Source: Hyphomicrobiales bacterium
Lineage (GTDB): Bacteria > Pseudomonadota > Alphaproteobacteria > Rhizobiales > Devosiaceae
DNA: 64,000 bases
NCBI GenBank assembly: GCA_026981645.1
Contig: JALSII010000006.1
Location: 162,564-226,563, forward strand
Direction of reading: 5' to 3'
Positions 35,173 to 46,511 of the stretch are shown here, piece by piece. Each line of letters opens with the position of its first letter. The stretch's first letter is position 1. The notes beneath the pieces are model-generated. The model was given only the letters and a program-made list of their open reading frames with translations. It was not told the origin of the DNA and made no database searches. Position numbers and translations under genes: made by a program.

Positions 35173-36105
35173 CTATTGGCCAATTCCAAAAAATTTGAGA
35201 GCCAAAGCTTCCACCAGCAGCGCGGCAAAAGCGATAAACAGATAGCTCAGGGAAAACAAAAACAGGGTGCGAGCCCTGCGGCGCATTTCAGCGCCCTCCA
35301 CTCCAAACAAACGGAGGGAAAGCGCGACTATAACGATGCCAAGCAATATCGCGGTGACACCATAAGCAGGTCCGGCAAATCCAAACCCGGCGGGAGCGAA
35401 ACCGGCGAACGCCAAGAGAACGTTATAAATCAGCAAGTGAACTTTGGTGGCTCGCTCGCCGGCCACATTGGGCAGCATGGGAATACCGGCAGCTTCATAA
35501 TCGCTCTTTTTATAGAGAGAAAGCGCCCAGAAATGAGGGGCCGACCAGAGAAAAATTATCAGAAACAATAAAACCGGCTCAAGAGAAACTGAACCGGTCA
35601 CCGCGACCCAGCCAATGATCGGCGGAAATGCGCCGGCAGCGCCGCCGATTACGGTATTCTGCGCGGTGGTCCGTTTCAACCACATGGTATAGACGACCAG
35701 ATAATAAAAGATGGTCAGTGCCAGCAGCCCTGCGGCCAGCCAGTTGGCGGCAAGCCCCAACATTGAAACCGAGAATACGGACAGAACCAGTCCGAACCCG
35801 AGGGCCGAAGTCTTATCCAGGCGCCCTGCAGGAATCGGACGGTTTTTCGTCCTGCTCATGATGGCGTCAATATCGGCATCGTACCACATGTTAAGCGCAC
35901 CGGAGGCACCAGCCCCCACGGCGATGCAAAAAATGGAAATCACGCCAACGACCGGATGTACCCCAGCAGGGGCCAGAACCATGCCCACCACAGCAGTGAA
36001 GACAACAAGAGACATCAGCCGCGGCTTGAGGAGCGCAAAGTAGTCTTCTACCCGCGCTCCCATATGGACCTTGTCCAAATCATCCATGTTATCGACATAC
36101 GCCAA
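35173..36105 (-). CDS. ctaB: heme o synthase (protoheme IX farnesyltransferase)
   Basis: 310 aa, polytopic, with the UbiA-family motif [23 protein letters not shown]. Confidence 0.95.
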   Translation of the reverse strand: MAYVDNMDDLDKVHMGARVEDYFALLKPRLMSLVVFTAVVGMVLAPAGVHPVVGVISIFCIAVGAGASGALNMWYDADIDAIMSRTKNRPIPAGRLDKTSALGFGLVLSVFSVSMLGLAANWLAAGLLALTIFYYLVVYTMWLKRTTAQNTVIGGAAGAFPPIIGWVAVTGSVSLEPVLLFLIIFLWSAPHFWALSLYKKSDYEAAGIPMLPNVAGERATKVHLLIYNVLLAFAGFAPAGFGFAGPAYGVTAILLGIVIVALSLRLFGVEGAEMRRRARTLFLFSLSYLFIAFAALLVEALALKFFGIGQ

Positions 36106-36126
36106 ACGGGGGGCCTTTCTTCACTC

Positions 36127-37809
<1,683 letters not shown>

Positions 37810-37855
37810 TCAGTTGCAGTGGGTGTGGCCTTTTATTCGATCCTCACAGCCTTAA

Positions 37856-38788
37856 TCAGATGATCGGGCTGAGAACCGAAGCCGCTTCGGCCACACCATT
37901 GGCCTGAACCGCCTCTATCCAGGTCGCAAACTCTTCCTTGGAAACAACACGCACCGAAATGGGCATGAACGCATGGTCCTTGCCGCACAACTCCGAACAT
38001 TGTCCATAGAACATACCGGTTTTGCGTGCATTGAACCAGGTTTCGTTAAGACGACCCGGAACGGCATCAATTTTTATGCCGAACGAGGGCACTGCGAACG
38101 CGTGAATAACATCCGTTGCAGTTACCTGAACGCGGACGGTTGTATCAACGGGAATGACCAGATCAAAATCTGTTGCCAGCAGGCGCGGCTCACTGGGTTT
38201 TTCGGCCAAGCGCTCTTCGTCATTGAGCATGAAGGACGAATAATCCGCGCCGTCATAGTCCACATAGTCATATTCCCAGTTCCACTGAACGCCGGTGGCT
38301 TTGATGGTCAATTCAGGAGCGGGCATCTCGACATCCCCAAAGCTGAAAATATTTGCCCCAAGATATTTCCGTTCGCCATCGGGAATTGTTTCCTGGTCGG
38401 CCAGAACACCAAATGAAGGCACAGCAATAACAATCAGAATGACGATGGGAGCCACCGTCCAGAGGATCTCAATCGCCACGTTATGAGTGGTTTTGGAGGG
38501 CGTGGGATTAGCACGCGCATTGTAGCGAAACATGATGTAGATCATCAGCAAGGTCACGAACAAAACTATCGCCGATATGATCCACATCAATATACCGTTA
38601 TGGAAAACGATTATGCTGTCCATGATCGGGGTGACAGAGTCTTGAAGGCCTATCTGTCGATCGGCCGGCTGACCCTCTTGGGTCAGGGCGGCGCTTGGAA
38701 AGAGCGCTGCCGTGAATGCAAGCAGGCCTGTCGCGATGCTGAGCATCGCGTTGTGGCCTGTGTTCGGGCTGGTTGTGTTTCTGCTCAC
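37856..38788 (-). CDS. ctaC: cytochrome c oxidase subunit II
   Basis: Two TM helices plus the CuA site HAFAVPSFG...CSELCGKDHAFMP. GTG 38788, 5 nt after AAGGGGG, is preferred. ATG 38746 and the track start 38878 are alternatives. Confidence 0.92.
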   Translation of the reverse strand: MSRNTTSPNTGHNAMLSIATGLLAFTAALFPSAALTQEGQPADRQIGLQDSVTPIMDSIIVFHNGILMWIISAIVLFVTLLMIYIMFRYNARANPTPSKTTHNVAIEILWTVAPIVILIVIAVPSFGVLADQETIPDGERKYLGANIFSFGDVEMPAPELTIKATGVQWNWEYDYVDYDGADYSSFMLNDEERLAEKPSEPRLLATDFDLVIPVDTTVRVQVTATDVIHAFAVPSFGIKIDAVPGRLNETWFNARKTGMFYGQCSELCGKDHAFMPISVRVVSKEEFATWIEAVQANGVAEAASVLSPII

Positions 38789-39167
38789 AGGTTCCCCCTT
38801 TGGATACCACTGAAGGGGTTTGCCGCCAGAGGTGCTATCTCTTGGCGCAAACCTTGTATTGATCTTTTCCAGGCACATTTGTCCCGACTCAGTTCCAGGA
38901 ACATACCCGTTTTGATGACCTAAATCACATCAGGGGCGTTTGTGCAATTGGCTCTTGAACAAGAAATGTGCGGCAAATTGCTTCTTAGAGGCAAATATGT
39001 CGCACTGAGGCACATTTTTGCCTCATGAAGGTTCCATTTCAAAAAAAGAATGCAGTCACCCCTTTGAGCCAACAGTCAGCAATCTTGACATGGGCAAGTG
39101 GCTACATGTCTAACGGATCAAGTCATGGCACAGGCTGCGATAGTCTGGTGACCATACGATTGCCCCG

Positions 39168-39710
39168 ATGGGCAAACACAGCGGGAGACTACCTAAAGTG
39201 AAGCGTTATTTCAGCATAACCCTAAGCATCTTTGTACTATTCATTTCAAGCATGATCGGGGCCCTGGCCCCGGCAAACGCGCAAGGGGTGGTCAGATCTC
39301 AGCACGGAGACTGGCAGATGAGCTGTGATACTCCCCCGGGAGCCAGCTTTGAGCAATGCGCGATCATCCAGAACGTCACCGCAGAGAACCAGCCCAATGT
39401 GGGCCTTAGCGTCATTGTGCTCAAAACCGCAGATCAGCAGGCCAGACTGCTCAGAGTTCTGGTTCCCCTCGGGGTTCTGCTGCCCAACGGGCTGGGACTG
39501 AATGTTGATGGTCAGGACATGGGGCGTGTGGCCTTTGTGCGCTGCCTTCCCAATGGATGCATTGCCGAAGTTATTATGGATGATGATCTTCTTGATGTAC
39601 TCAGAGACGGGCAAACAGCCATTTTTGTAGTGTTCAAAACTCCCGAGGAAGGGATTGGCATTCCTGTATCTCTTAATGGCTTTACCGGCGGATTCGCCGC
39701 TCTTCCCTGA
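39168..39710 (+). CDS. invasion-associated-locus-B (IalB)-family exported protein
   Basis: 180 aa with a signal peptide (…FISSMIGALAPANAQG), then HGDWQMSCDTPPGASFEQCAIIQN and FVRCLPNGCIAEV, the two-Cys-pair pattern of IalB-like proteins. Confidence 0.72.
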   Translation: MGKHSGRLPKVKRYFSITLSIFVLFISSMIGALAPANAQGVVRSQHGDWQMSCDTPPGASFEQCAIIQNVTAENQPNVGLSVIVLKTADQQARLLRVLVPLGVLLPNGLGLNVDGQDMGRVAFVRCLPNGCIAEVIMDDDLLDVLRDGQTAIFVVFKTPEEGIGIPVSLNGFTGGFAALP

Positions 39711-39853
39711 GATCAGCCGCAACCCGGCTGGATAGCTACATGGCTTCAATGCCTCGTGCGCCTTATCCGTGTTGCGTGAACCTTCCCCTTGCTTGAAAGT
39801 TTGACCAAAGCGCAGTATATGCGCTGGTCTTTCTTTTCCCCACGGAGCCATGC

Positions 39854-41224
39854 ATGTCCCAAAAACCGGGCCGCCCAAAGGCGGTCTTCACGCAGGGCTC
39901 AACCATGCGTCATGTGATTATCATGACCTCGACTGCCGCCATCGGTATGATGGCGATATTCTTTGTTGATGCGGTCACGCTGTTCTATGTCAGCCAATTG
40001 CAGGATCCCGCCCAGACCGCTGCGGTGGGAAGGGCAAGCTATGTTGTTGGATTTGTCATCGCCCTTGCCGTGGGGCTGATGATCGGCTCATCCGTTCTTA
40101 TTGCCCGTTCGCTGGGCGAGGGAAAAACAAAAAAAGCAAAGTCCTATGCAGGGTCAGCTCTGGTTGGTGTTGCTGTGCTGGGCGCAATATTTTCCGTTGT
40201 TCTACTGCTATCCACCAACTGGTTTCTGGCTCGGCTCGACGCCCAAGGCGAGGCGTTGGATCACGCCCGGCGTTATCTTTACATCATTCTGCCAGTGATG
40301 CCGTTTTTGACCGTGGGCATGGTGAGCATGGGTATTTTACGCGCCCACGGAGCGGCACGCCAGTCCATGTACATCACTCTGATTGGCGGGCTTCTAACCG
40401 CAACGCTGGACCCCATATTCATCTTTGTGTTCGGGCTGGAGGTTACCGGGGCGGCGATCGTTTCGGCCATAGCCCGCATCAGCTTTGCCACCTATGGACT
40501 TTATCTCGTGGTGCTGGTGAACAAAATGGCCATTCTTGGGACATTAGAACAGATCAAAAGCGATCTGGCAGACATGGCAAAACTTGCGGTTCCAGCGATG
40601 TTCACCAATCTGGCAGCGCCGGTGGGAGCGTTTCTGATCGCCCAGAAAATTTCGGAATTCGGTGATGCCGCCATTGCCGGGCAGGCAGTGGTGGACCGGT
40701 TAATCCCGCTGGCGTTTGGCGTGATATTCGCCCTCTCGGGGGCCGTGGGCCCCATCATCGGGCAGAATGCTGGCGCAAGGCTGATGCCTAGGGCACGCCA
40801 GACGTTGATTGACGGGATTATTTTCAATACGGCTTATGTGGCGCTGGCCTGGGGGGCGCTGTTTCTGGGGCGCAACTGGATCATATCCATCTATGCGGCC
40901 ACGGGAAACATGGCGTTGATGATCGACCTGTTTACCACCATTGCTGCGGGTGCTTTCCTGTTCAATGGCGTGATCTTCGTGACCAACGCTGCCTTCAATA
41001 ATCTGGGCAAGCCTCTTTGGGCAACAGGCTTCAACTGGTTACGCCAGACTTTGGGTGTGGTGCCTTTTATCTGGCTTGGCGCTGAGTGGGGCGGCCTGAC
41101 CGGCCTCTCCTGGGGCATACTTGCGGGCAGTGTCCCCTTCGCTCTCATTGCGTTATGGGCGGCCTTTGCCCTCATCCGCTCACAGACTTCTGCCGGGTCC
41201 GAACCAATTACAGCGCGGACATAA
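39854..41224 (+). CDS. MATE-family efflux transporter
   Basis: 456 aa, about 12 TM helices in two 6-TM halves, with the length and composition typical of MATE. GGAG lies 6 nt before the ATG. Confidence 0.85.
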   Translation: MSQKPGRPKAVFTQGSTMRHVIIMTSTAAIGMMAIFFVDAVTLFYVSQLQDPAQTAAVGRASYVVGFVIALAVGLMIGSSVLIARSLGEGKTKKAKSYAGSALVGVAVLGAIFSVVLLLSTNWFLARLDAQGEALDHARRYLYIILPVMPFLTVGMVSMGILRAHGAARQSMYITLIGGLLTATLDPIFIFVFGLEVTGAAIVSAIARISFATYGLYLVVLVNKMAILGTLEQIKSDLADMAKLAVPAMFTNLAAPVGAFLIAQKISEFGDAAIAGQAVVDRLIPLAFGVIFALSGAVGPIIGQNAGARLMPRARQTLIDGIIFNTAYVALAWGALFLGRNWIISIYAATGNMALMIDLFTTIAAGAFLFNGVIFVTNAAFNNLGKPLWATGFNWLRQTLGVVPFIWLGAEWGGLTGLSWGILAGSVPFALIALWAAFALIRSQTSAGSEPITART

Positions 41225-41227
41225 AAA

Positions 41228-41268
41228 CCGGGCAGTCCTTAAGGAAGAACCACCCGGAAAGTTTTTTT
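41228..41268 (+). terminator. weak candidate terminator after the MATE gene
   Basis: CCGGG ... CCCGG (5-bp stem, long loop containing the palindrome TCCTTAAGGA), followed by AAAGTTTTTTT. Confidence 0.3.
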
Positions 41269-41318
41269 AGGAAACAAAACTCCCTTCCGGCAGGCAACCG
41301 GTCGGCAATTCACTTCAT

Positions 41319-41519
41319 TCAGCGCAACCAGGTCTCAGCCCGGTCATCACGGCGCGCGGCGAGGAAATCTCCCCGTGAAGTTCCGCGCATATTGCGTGCA
41401 TCAAACAGATCATAGCGGGTCAGCCCCAGATCACTGAGACGGCAACTATCCAGCTCCGAGAGATTTCTGACGGAAGTCCAATCTGAGTAAATTCTGGAAA
41501 GGGCTGTAAGCACATTCAT
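41319..41519 (-). CDS. DUF1127-domain small protein
   Basis: 66 aa with SELDSCRLSDLGLTRYDLFDA, which matches the DUF1127 core (L..L.D..L.DIGL.R.DI) followed by an Arg-rich tail. Confidence 0.8.
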   Translation of the reverse strand: MNVLTALSRIYSDWTSVRNLSELDSCRLSDLGLTRYDLFDARNMRGTSRGDFLAARRDDRAETWLR

Positions 41520-41600
41520 GATCGTTCTCCTTTGATTGTCAGCCCATGAGGGCTGAGCCTGTGATCAGTCATTTGTCGGTGATGCAATTATAGGGACTTG

Positions 41601-41623
41601 CTATTTATTCGCCCAACAAATAG
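41601..41623. promoter_or_regulatory. candidate LysR-type (T-N11-A) operator CTATTT-N11-AAATAG
   Basis: A perfect 6-bp inverted repeat separated by 11 nt, in the 142-bp divergent region between the LysR gene and the DUF1127 gene. Confidence 0.45.
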
Positions 41624-41661
41624 ATTTCATCTTACTCATAACAATTTGTGATGAATTTCTC

Positions 41662-42555
41662 ATGACCACACCGCTTGACCTTGACCAGTTGCAAACTTTT
41701 TGTGCAATCGCTGACTGCGGCAGTTTTACTGAAGCAGCCCGACGCGTTCACAAAACCCAGTCCGCGGTTTCCATGCAGATCAAGCGCCTTGAAGAGCGGC
41801 TGGACCAGGCTTTGTTCCTGCGCGAGGGCCGCTCTATCAGCGTAACCCCAGAGGGCCACAAACTTTATGCACAGGCACGGCGAATGTTACGCATCAACGC
41901 TGAAATTATAGACCTGTTTGCAGATGATGATCTTGCAGGCAATATCAGGTTCGGCGTGCCCGACGATTATGCGGACCGCCTGTTGCCGGTCATTCTCTCC
42001 CAGTTTCAGCGCACGCACCCGAAAATTGCAGTGGACGTGAAATGTATGGCCTCAGAAGAATTGCTTGATGGCATGCGCTCGGGCAATTTTGACCTGATCG
42101 TTTTCACGCAAGGAACGCTTCATGAATTCGGGGAATTATTCCGCACCGAAGGCATGTTCTGGGTCGGCTGCAAAAATGGCACCGCGGTGTCAACTGATCC
42201 CCTTCCGCTGGCAGTTGGCCCCGCCAGCTGTTGCTGGAGTGCTGATGCAATGGAAGCGCTCAACCGCACGGGCCGTGAATACCGCATTGCCTACACTTCT
42301 TCAAACGCCACAGCGATTTCCAGCGCTGTTCTTTCCGACCTGGCAGTGGGCATATTGCCACAAAGCGCCTTGCAGCCAGGTATGGTTGTGCTCGGGGAAA
42401 AAGAAGGTCTGCCCCGTATGACTGATGCGCAGGTGGCAGTAATGCGCGCCAGCCATGCCTATGGCGGGATTTATGACGCTCTGGCCGACCACATTTGCGC
42501 TTCGATGGGCAATATTGGCGGGCAGGAGGAGCGGCACAGAGAGGCTGCGGAATAG
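41662..42555 (+). CDS. LysR-family transcriptional regulator
   Basis: 297 aa with an N-terminal wHTH (LDQLQTFCAIADCGSFTEAARRVHKTQSAVSMQIKRLEE) and a periplasmic-binding-protein-like effector domain. Confidence 0.9.
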   Translation: MTTPLDLDQLQTFCAIADCGSFTEAARRVHKTQSAVSMQIKRLEERLDQALFLREGRSISVTPEGHKLYAQARRMLRINAEIIDLFADDDLAGNIRFGVPDDYADRLLPVILSQFQRTHPKIAVDVKCMASEELLDGMRSGNFDLIVFTQGTLHEFGELFRTEGMFWVGCKNGTAVSTDPLPLAVGPASCCWSADAMEALNRTGREYRIAYTSSNATAISSAVLSDLAVGILPQSALQPGMVVLGEKEGLPRMTDAQVAVMRASHAYGGIYDALADHICASMGNIGGQEERHREAAE

Positions 42556-42573
42556 GCAGGCCTCCAGCAGCCG

Positions 42574-43200
42574 CTATTCCAATGGTTTTCCCGGAACAGG
42601 TGGCTCAGACGGCTCCTGGCCATAACTCTTGACCAGTTCTTTGTTGAACTTGACGCTGTCGCGGGCGAAGCTCTTTGCTCTTTGCAGACGGTCCTTCTGG
42701 TCGCTCTCTCCCAGCGGAGCGTGGCGTTGAAGAATTTCAGCATATCCCCGGCTCATACGTTCCGAGAACTCAAGATATTCCGAGATCGCGCGTATCTGCT
42801 CCAAGGACACGCCCTGCATCCCTTCTGCAAACGCGATACCCATGGGCTCAAAGATGATATGTACCATGTCGCGGGTGAATTCCGTCAGCTCCACATAGAC
42901 CTTGCGCCGATCTTTTGGATCAGCAACGCGTTGGGCAATTCCAGCTTTTTCAAGTCGGTCAATTACGGTGGTTACTGCTCCGGTACTCAATCCGGCGCGG
43001 CTGGCAAGCTCACCTGCGGTCATACGTCCAAATCTTTGAATAATATCTGCACAGCGCGCATCAGTCCGGTTGCTGCCGAGCAACCGACCAACCGCTTCAT
43101 CGAACATGTCATAGGCATTTTGCGAGCCACGCGCGGCCGCAATCAGGCGGGCCACCATCGCCATGGAATTTTCTCTTGACTTTCGAGTATCTCGATTCAT
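42574..43200 (-). CDS. MarR-family transcriptional regulator with a C-terminal extension
   Basis: wHTH core MTAGELASRAGLSTGAVTTVIDRLEKAGIAQRVADPKDRRKVYVELT. At 208 aa it is long for MarR. ATG 43164 is an alternative start. Confidence 0.85.
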   Translation of the reverse strand: MNRDTRKSRENSMAMVARLIAAARGSQNAYDMFDEAVGRLLGSNRTDARCADIIQRFGRMTAGELASRAGLSTGAVTTVIDRLEKAGIAQRVADPKDRRKVYVELTEFTRDMVHIIFEPMGIAFAEGMQGVSLEQIRAISEYLEFSERMSRGYAEILQRHAPLGESDQKDRLQRAKSFARDSVKFNKELVKSYGQEPSEPPVPGKPLE

Positions 43201-43232
43201 AAGGTATATCCATTATCTTGATTTTCGAGATA
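43183..43232. promoter_or_regulatory. candidate MarR operator: three TCGAG(A/T)A repeats, including the palindrome TCGAGTATCTCGA
   Basis: TCGAGTATCTCGA lies at 43183-43195 and TCGAGATA at 43225-43232, the latter being the inverted copy of TATCTCGA at 43188-43195. They span the marR start region and the divergent ABC promoter region. Confidence 0.4.
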
Positions 43233-43263
43233 TTAAATAATTTAACTATCAGGAGAGGTCAAG

Positions 43264-44244
43264 GTGGCACGCTCTGAGAAGCAGAATATGATAAGAACCC
43301 GGGGCTTGAAGCGCACTTTCAAAGCCCGCGGGAGGGCTCGCGAAAAGGATGTTGAAGCCGTCAAGGGTGTCGATCTGGATGTTTTTCAGGGGGAAATAGT
43401 TGGCTTCCTGGGTCCCAATGGTGCCGGTAAGTCCACCACCCTGAAAATGTTGTGCACTCTGCTTGAGCCAAGCGGGGGCACCGCAACAATTGTCGGAACC
43501 GACCTGAGCAAAAATCCAGACGAGGTGAAGCGCCATATCGGGTATATTTCGCAAAGTGGTTCGACCAGTTCTGCAGCCAGGGCGGGCGACGAGTTGATCT
43601 GGCACGGCGAGTTGCATGGTTTGAGCCGCACAGAAGCGCGCAAGAAAGGCAAAAGCCTGCTCAAGGCGCTTGATCTGGAAGGCGTCTGGGAGCAGACATG
43701 CGGCACTCTTTCGGGTGGGCAGAGGCGTCGGCTGGATATCGTCATGGGCCTTATCCACGAACCGGAGCTGGTGTTCATGGACGAACCAACCACCGGCCTC
43801 GACCCGCAGGCGCGAACCAACCTTTGGGGACATATTGGCCGGTTGCGCGATGAACTGGGAACAACCGTTTTCCTCACCACCCATTATATGGACGAAGCGG
43901 ATGCGCTTTGTGATCGTGTGTTTATCATCGATCATGGGGAAATCGTTGGTGAGGGAAGTCCAAAAGAACTCAAGAAAGCCGTCTCCGGCGATACCATCAG
44001 GCTGACCATGCGCAATGGCGCCGACACCCGGGCCGCCATGGAGCTGGGCAGTAGCCTTGGAACTGCCACCCCGGTTCAGGTCGGTAATGTTGTGACAATT
44101 CAGGTGCCTGAGGGCGCTTCAGCCCTCCCTGAAATCATCAGCGCCCTGAACAAGAAAAACATCGAGGCTATCGGTATTGAAATGGCCCAACCCACATTGA
44201 ACGATGTGTTTTTGAGCCTGACCGGCCGGTCCCTGCGCGACTAA
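43264..44244 (+). CDS. ABC transporter ATP-binding protein (DrrA/ABC-2 exporter type)
   Basis: Walker A GPNGAGKST, signature LSGGQRRRLD and Walker B LVFMDEPTTGLD. The GTG start sits 7 nt after AGGAGA. Confidence 0.92.
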   Translation: MARSEKQNMIRTRGLKRTFKARGRAREKDVEAVKGVDLDVFQGEIVGFLGPNGAGKSTTLKMLCTLLEPSGGTATIVGTDLSKNPDEVKRHIGYISQSGSTSSAARAGDELIWHGELHGLSRTEARKKGKSLLKALDLEGVWEQTCGTLSGGQRRRLDIVMGLIHEPELVFMDEPTTGLDPQARTNLWGHIGRLRDELGTTVFLTTHYMDEADALCDRVFIIDHGEIVGEGSPKELKKAVSGDTIRLTMRNGADTRAAMELGSSLGTATPVQVGNVVTIQVPEGASALPEIISALNKKNIEAIGIEMAQPTLNDVFLSLTGRSLRD

Positions 44245-44267
44245 AGCATTTCAAGGAGCTATCAAGG

Positions 44268-45032
44268 ATGAAACAATATGTGCACGACACGATGGTGGTG
44301 TTCCGGCGGGCCATGACCATTGCCCTGCGGAACCCGGTATGGATTTTTGTATCCATCTTTCAACCCATTCTCTACCTCACCCTGTTCGGCCCCCTGCTCG
44401 AACGTGTGGCTCAGGTGCCCGGGTTTCCTCCGGGGGACGCCTGGCTGGTATTTGTTCCGGGCCTGCTGGTGCAACTGGGGATATTCGGGGCGTCCTTCGT
44501 GGGCTTTGGTATTGTCGCTGAGTGGCGCGAGGGGGTCATCGAGCGGATGATGGCCACCCCGGCGCGCCGCACCGCGCTTATCACCGGTCGGGTATTGCGT
44601 GATGTGGTGATGATTACTGCCCAGGGCCTGATTCTGATTGGCGCGGGGTTTTTGTTCGGGCTCAGGGTATCGGCACTGGAAATTGTTGCAACCCTTGGCA
44701 TCATTGCGCTTCTGGCTGCTGCATTTTCATACCTGTCCTATGCTGCCGGCCTGATGCTGAAAAGTGAGGACGCGCTGGCTCCGCTCATCAATATGTTTGC
44801 GCTGCCCATTCTTTTGCTGTCGGGCATATTGCTGCCCATGGCGCTGGCTCCGCGCTGGCTGCAAATTTTTTCAGACTTCAACCCCATCAAACATGTGGTT
44901 GATGCCACGCGGGCCATATTCCGCGGCGAAATCATGAGCTATGATGTGATGCTGGGGAGCGGACTGGCTTTGCTGATTGTTTTTCTTGCCGCTTTTGTCG
45001 GCAATCTGGCGATTAAAAACCAGAGTGAGTGA
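44268..45032 (+). CDS. ABC-2-type transporter permease
   Basis: 254 aa, 6 TM, directly downstream of the ATPase. Confidence 0.87.
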   Translation: MKQYVHDTMVVFRRAMTIALRNPVWIFVSIFQPILYLTLFGPLLERVAQVPGFPPGDAWLVFVPGLLVQLGIFGASFVGFGIVAEWREGVIERMMATPARRTALITGRVLRDVVMITAQGLILIGAGFLFGLRVSALEIVATLGIIALLAAAFSYLSYAAGLMLKSEDALAPLINMFALPILLLSGILLPMALAPRWLQIFSDFNPIKHVVDATRAIFRGEIMSYDVMLGSGLALLIVFLAAFVGNLAIKNQSE

Positions 45033-45040
45033 AGAACCGC

Positions 45041-46447
45041 TCAGTTAATCATGGTTTCGCAAAACAGAGGGGTGACATCGCCAGCCCAGTCCCCGTGATA
45101 GCGATCAAGCAAGCGCTCAGCGGATGTCTTGCCGGTTTCAACGATATGGTTGAGGGGGGCAAGAAACTGGCTTTCATCGGCGCCTTCCCAATTGAGGCGA
45201 TTACGGGCTTTGAGGCCCGCGGCGGAGATGGCGAGCACCTCGCGGGCAATATCGTTGAGTGTGCCCGAACGGAATTCTGTATGGATTGCCGATTTTGGCA
45301 CTTCATTGCGCAGAGATTGGCGCTCCTCCGCGCTCCAGTCTTTCACCAGATCCCAGGCGGCATCAAGCGCACTCCTTTCGTAAAGCAGGCCGACCCAGAA
45401 AGCAGGCAGGGCACAAATATCGGCCCAGGCACCACTGTCAGCACCGCGCATTTCAAGAAACTGTTTCAGGCGAACTTCGGGGAATATTGTGGTGATGTGG
45501 TCTTCCCAATCAGAAATAGTGGGCTTTTCACCCGGCAACTGAGGCAGTTTTCCTTCCAGAAAGGTGCGAAAGCTCTCCCCGGCGCAGTTGATATATTTGC
45601 CGTTGCGCATGACAAAATACATAGGCACATCAAGAGCGTAGTCCACATAGCGCTCAAAGCCCATGCCCTCTTCGAACACGAAGGGCAACATGCCGGTGCG
45701 GTCATCATCAAGGTTGCGCCAGATGTGGGAGCGGAAAGACAAATAGCCATTGGGCTTGCCTTCCAGAAAGGGCGAGTTTGCAAACAGGGCGGTAGCCACA
45801 GGTTGCAACGCCAGCGAGACCCGCATTTTTTTGACCATGTCAGCTTCATCTGCAAAGTCCAGATTGACCTGAACCGTGCACGAGCGAAACATCATGGAGG
45901 TGCCCAACGTGCCCACTTTTTCCATATAGGGGGCCATGATTGAATAGCGGCTTTTAGGCATGGCGCCAATTTCATCGAGCGTCCATGTGGGTGCAACACC
46001 CAGGCCCAGAAAACCAATCCCCATGGGGTCGGCAATGGATTTAAGCAGGTTGAGGTGATCGGCGGTTTCGGCACAGGTCTGGTGCACGGTTTCAAGCGTT
46101 GCGCCGGAAAGTTCGAACTGCCCCCCCGGCTCGAGGGAAATGGCACCGCCTCCCACAGGGTCTTTCAGACCAATCAGCGCGCCCTCATCAAGAAGCGGAG
46201 TCCAGTTGTTGGCCGCCATCGTGGCCTCAAGCAAAGCCCTGATACCGTTTTCGCCTTCATAGGGCACGGGCTTGTGGTTGTTTTTGTAAAAGACGAATTT
46301 TTCGTGCTCGGTGCCAATGCGCCAGTCGGCTTTCGGTTTGCAGCCGAGAGAGAGAACCTCAATCATATCGGCCTTGTTCTCAATGAGTGGTGAAGCGGGG
46401 GGCAGGTCTGGCATAAGTCTGTTCGCACTCTGGTTTGATGCCGGCAA
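45041..46447 (-). CDS. gshA: glutamate--cysteine ligase (plant/alphaproteobacterial GCS2 type)
   Basis: 468 aa with WRIGTEHEKFVFY, GGAISLEPGGQFELSGA and MRGADSGAW. Confidence 0.9.
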   Translation of the reverse strand: MPASNQSANRLMPDLPPASPLIENKADMIEVLSLGCKPKADWRIGTEHEKFVFYKNNHKPVPYEGENGIRALLEATMAANNWTPLLDEGALIGLKDPVGGGAISLEPGGQFELSGATLETVHQTCAETADHLNLLKSIADPMGIGFLGLGVAPTWTLDEIGAMPKSRYSIMAPYMEKVGTLGTSMMFRSCTVQVNLDFADEADMVKKMRVSLALQPVATALFANSPFLEGKPNGYLSFRSHIWRNLDDDRTGMLPFVFEEGMGFERYVDYALDVPMYFVMRNGKYINCAGESFRTFLEGKLPQLPGEKPTISDWEDHITTIFPEVRLKQFLEMRGADSGAWADICALPAFWVGLLYERSALDAAWDLVKDWSAEERQSLRNEVPKSAIHTEFRSGTLNDIAREVLAISAAGLKARNRLNWEGADESQFLAPLNHIVETGKTSAERLLDRYHGDWAGDVTPLFCETMIN

Positions 46448-46511
46448 ACACTGCCGAAAAGTGGAGCGAACATACTCCGCTTATTTTCAAAGGCAATGCT
46501 TTTATCGTAGT

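Noticed and set aside
38879-39167. Possible FNR/FixK box (TTGATGACCTAAATCA) and hairpin (GAGGCA...TGCCTC) upstream of ctaC
   Set aside because: The half-site spacing does not fit TTGAT-N4-ATCAA or TTGA-N6-TCAA. The hairpin is short with no U-tract. An aa3 oxidase operon is not an expected FixK target.
45029-45943. 304-aa plus-strand ORF
   Set aside because: It is fully antisense to gshA, whose product has clear GCS2 motifs. The composition (Arg/Ala/Gly/His-rich, no motifs) is typical of a shadow ORF in GC-rich DNA.
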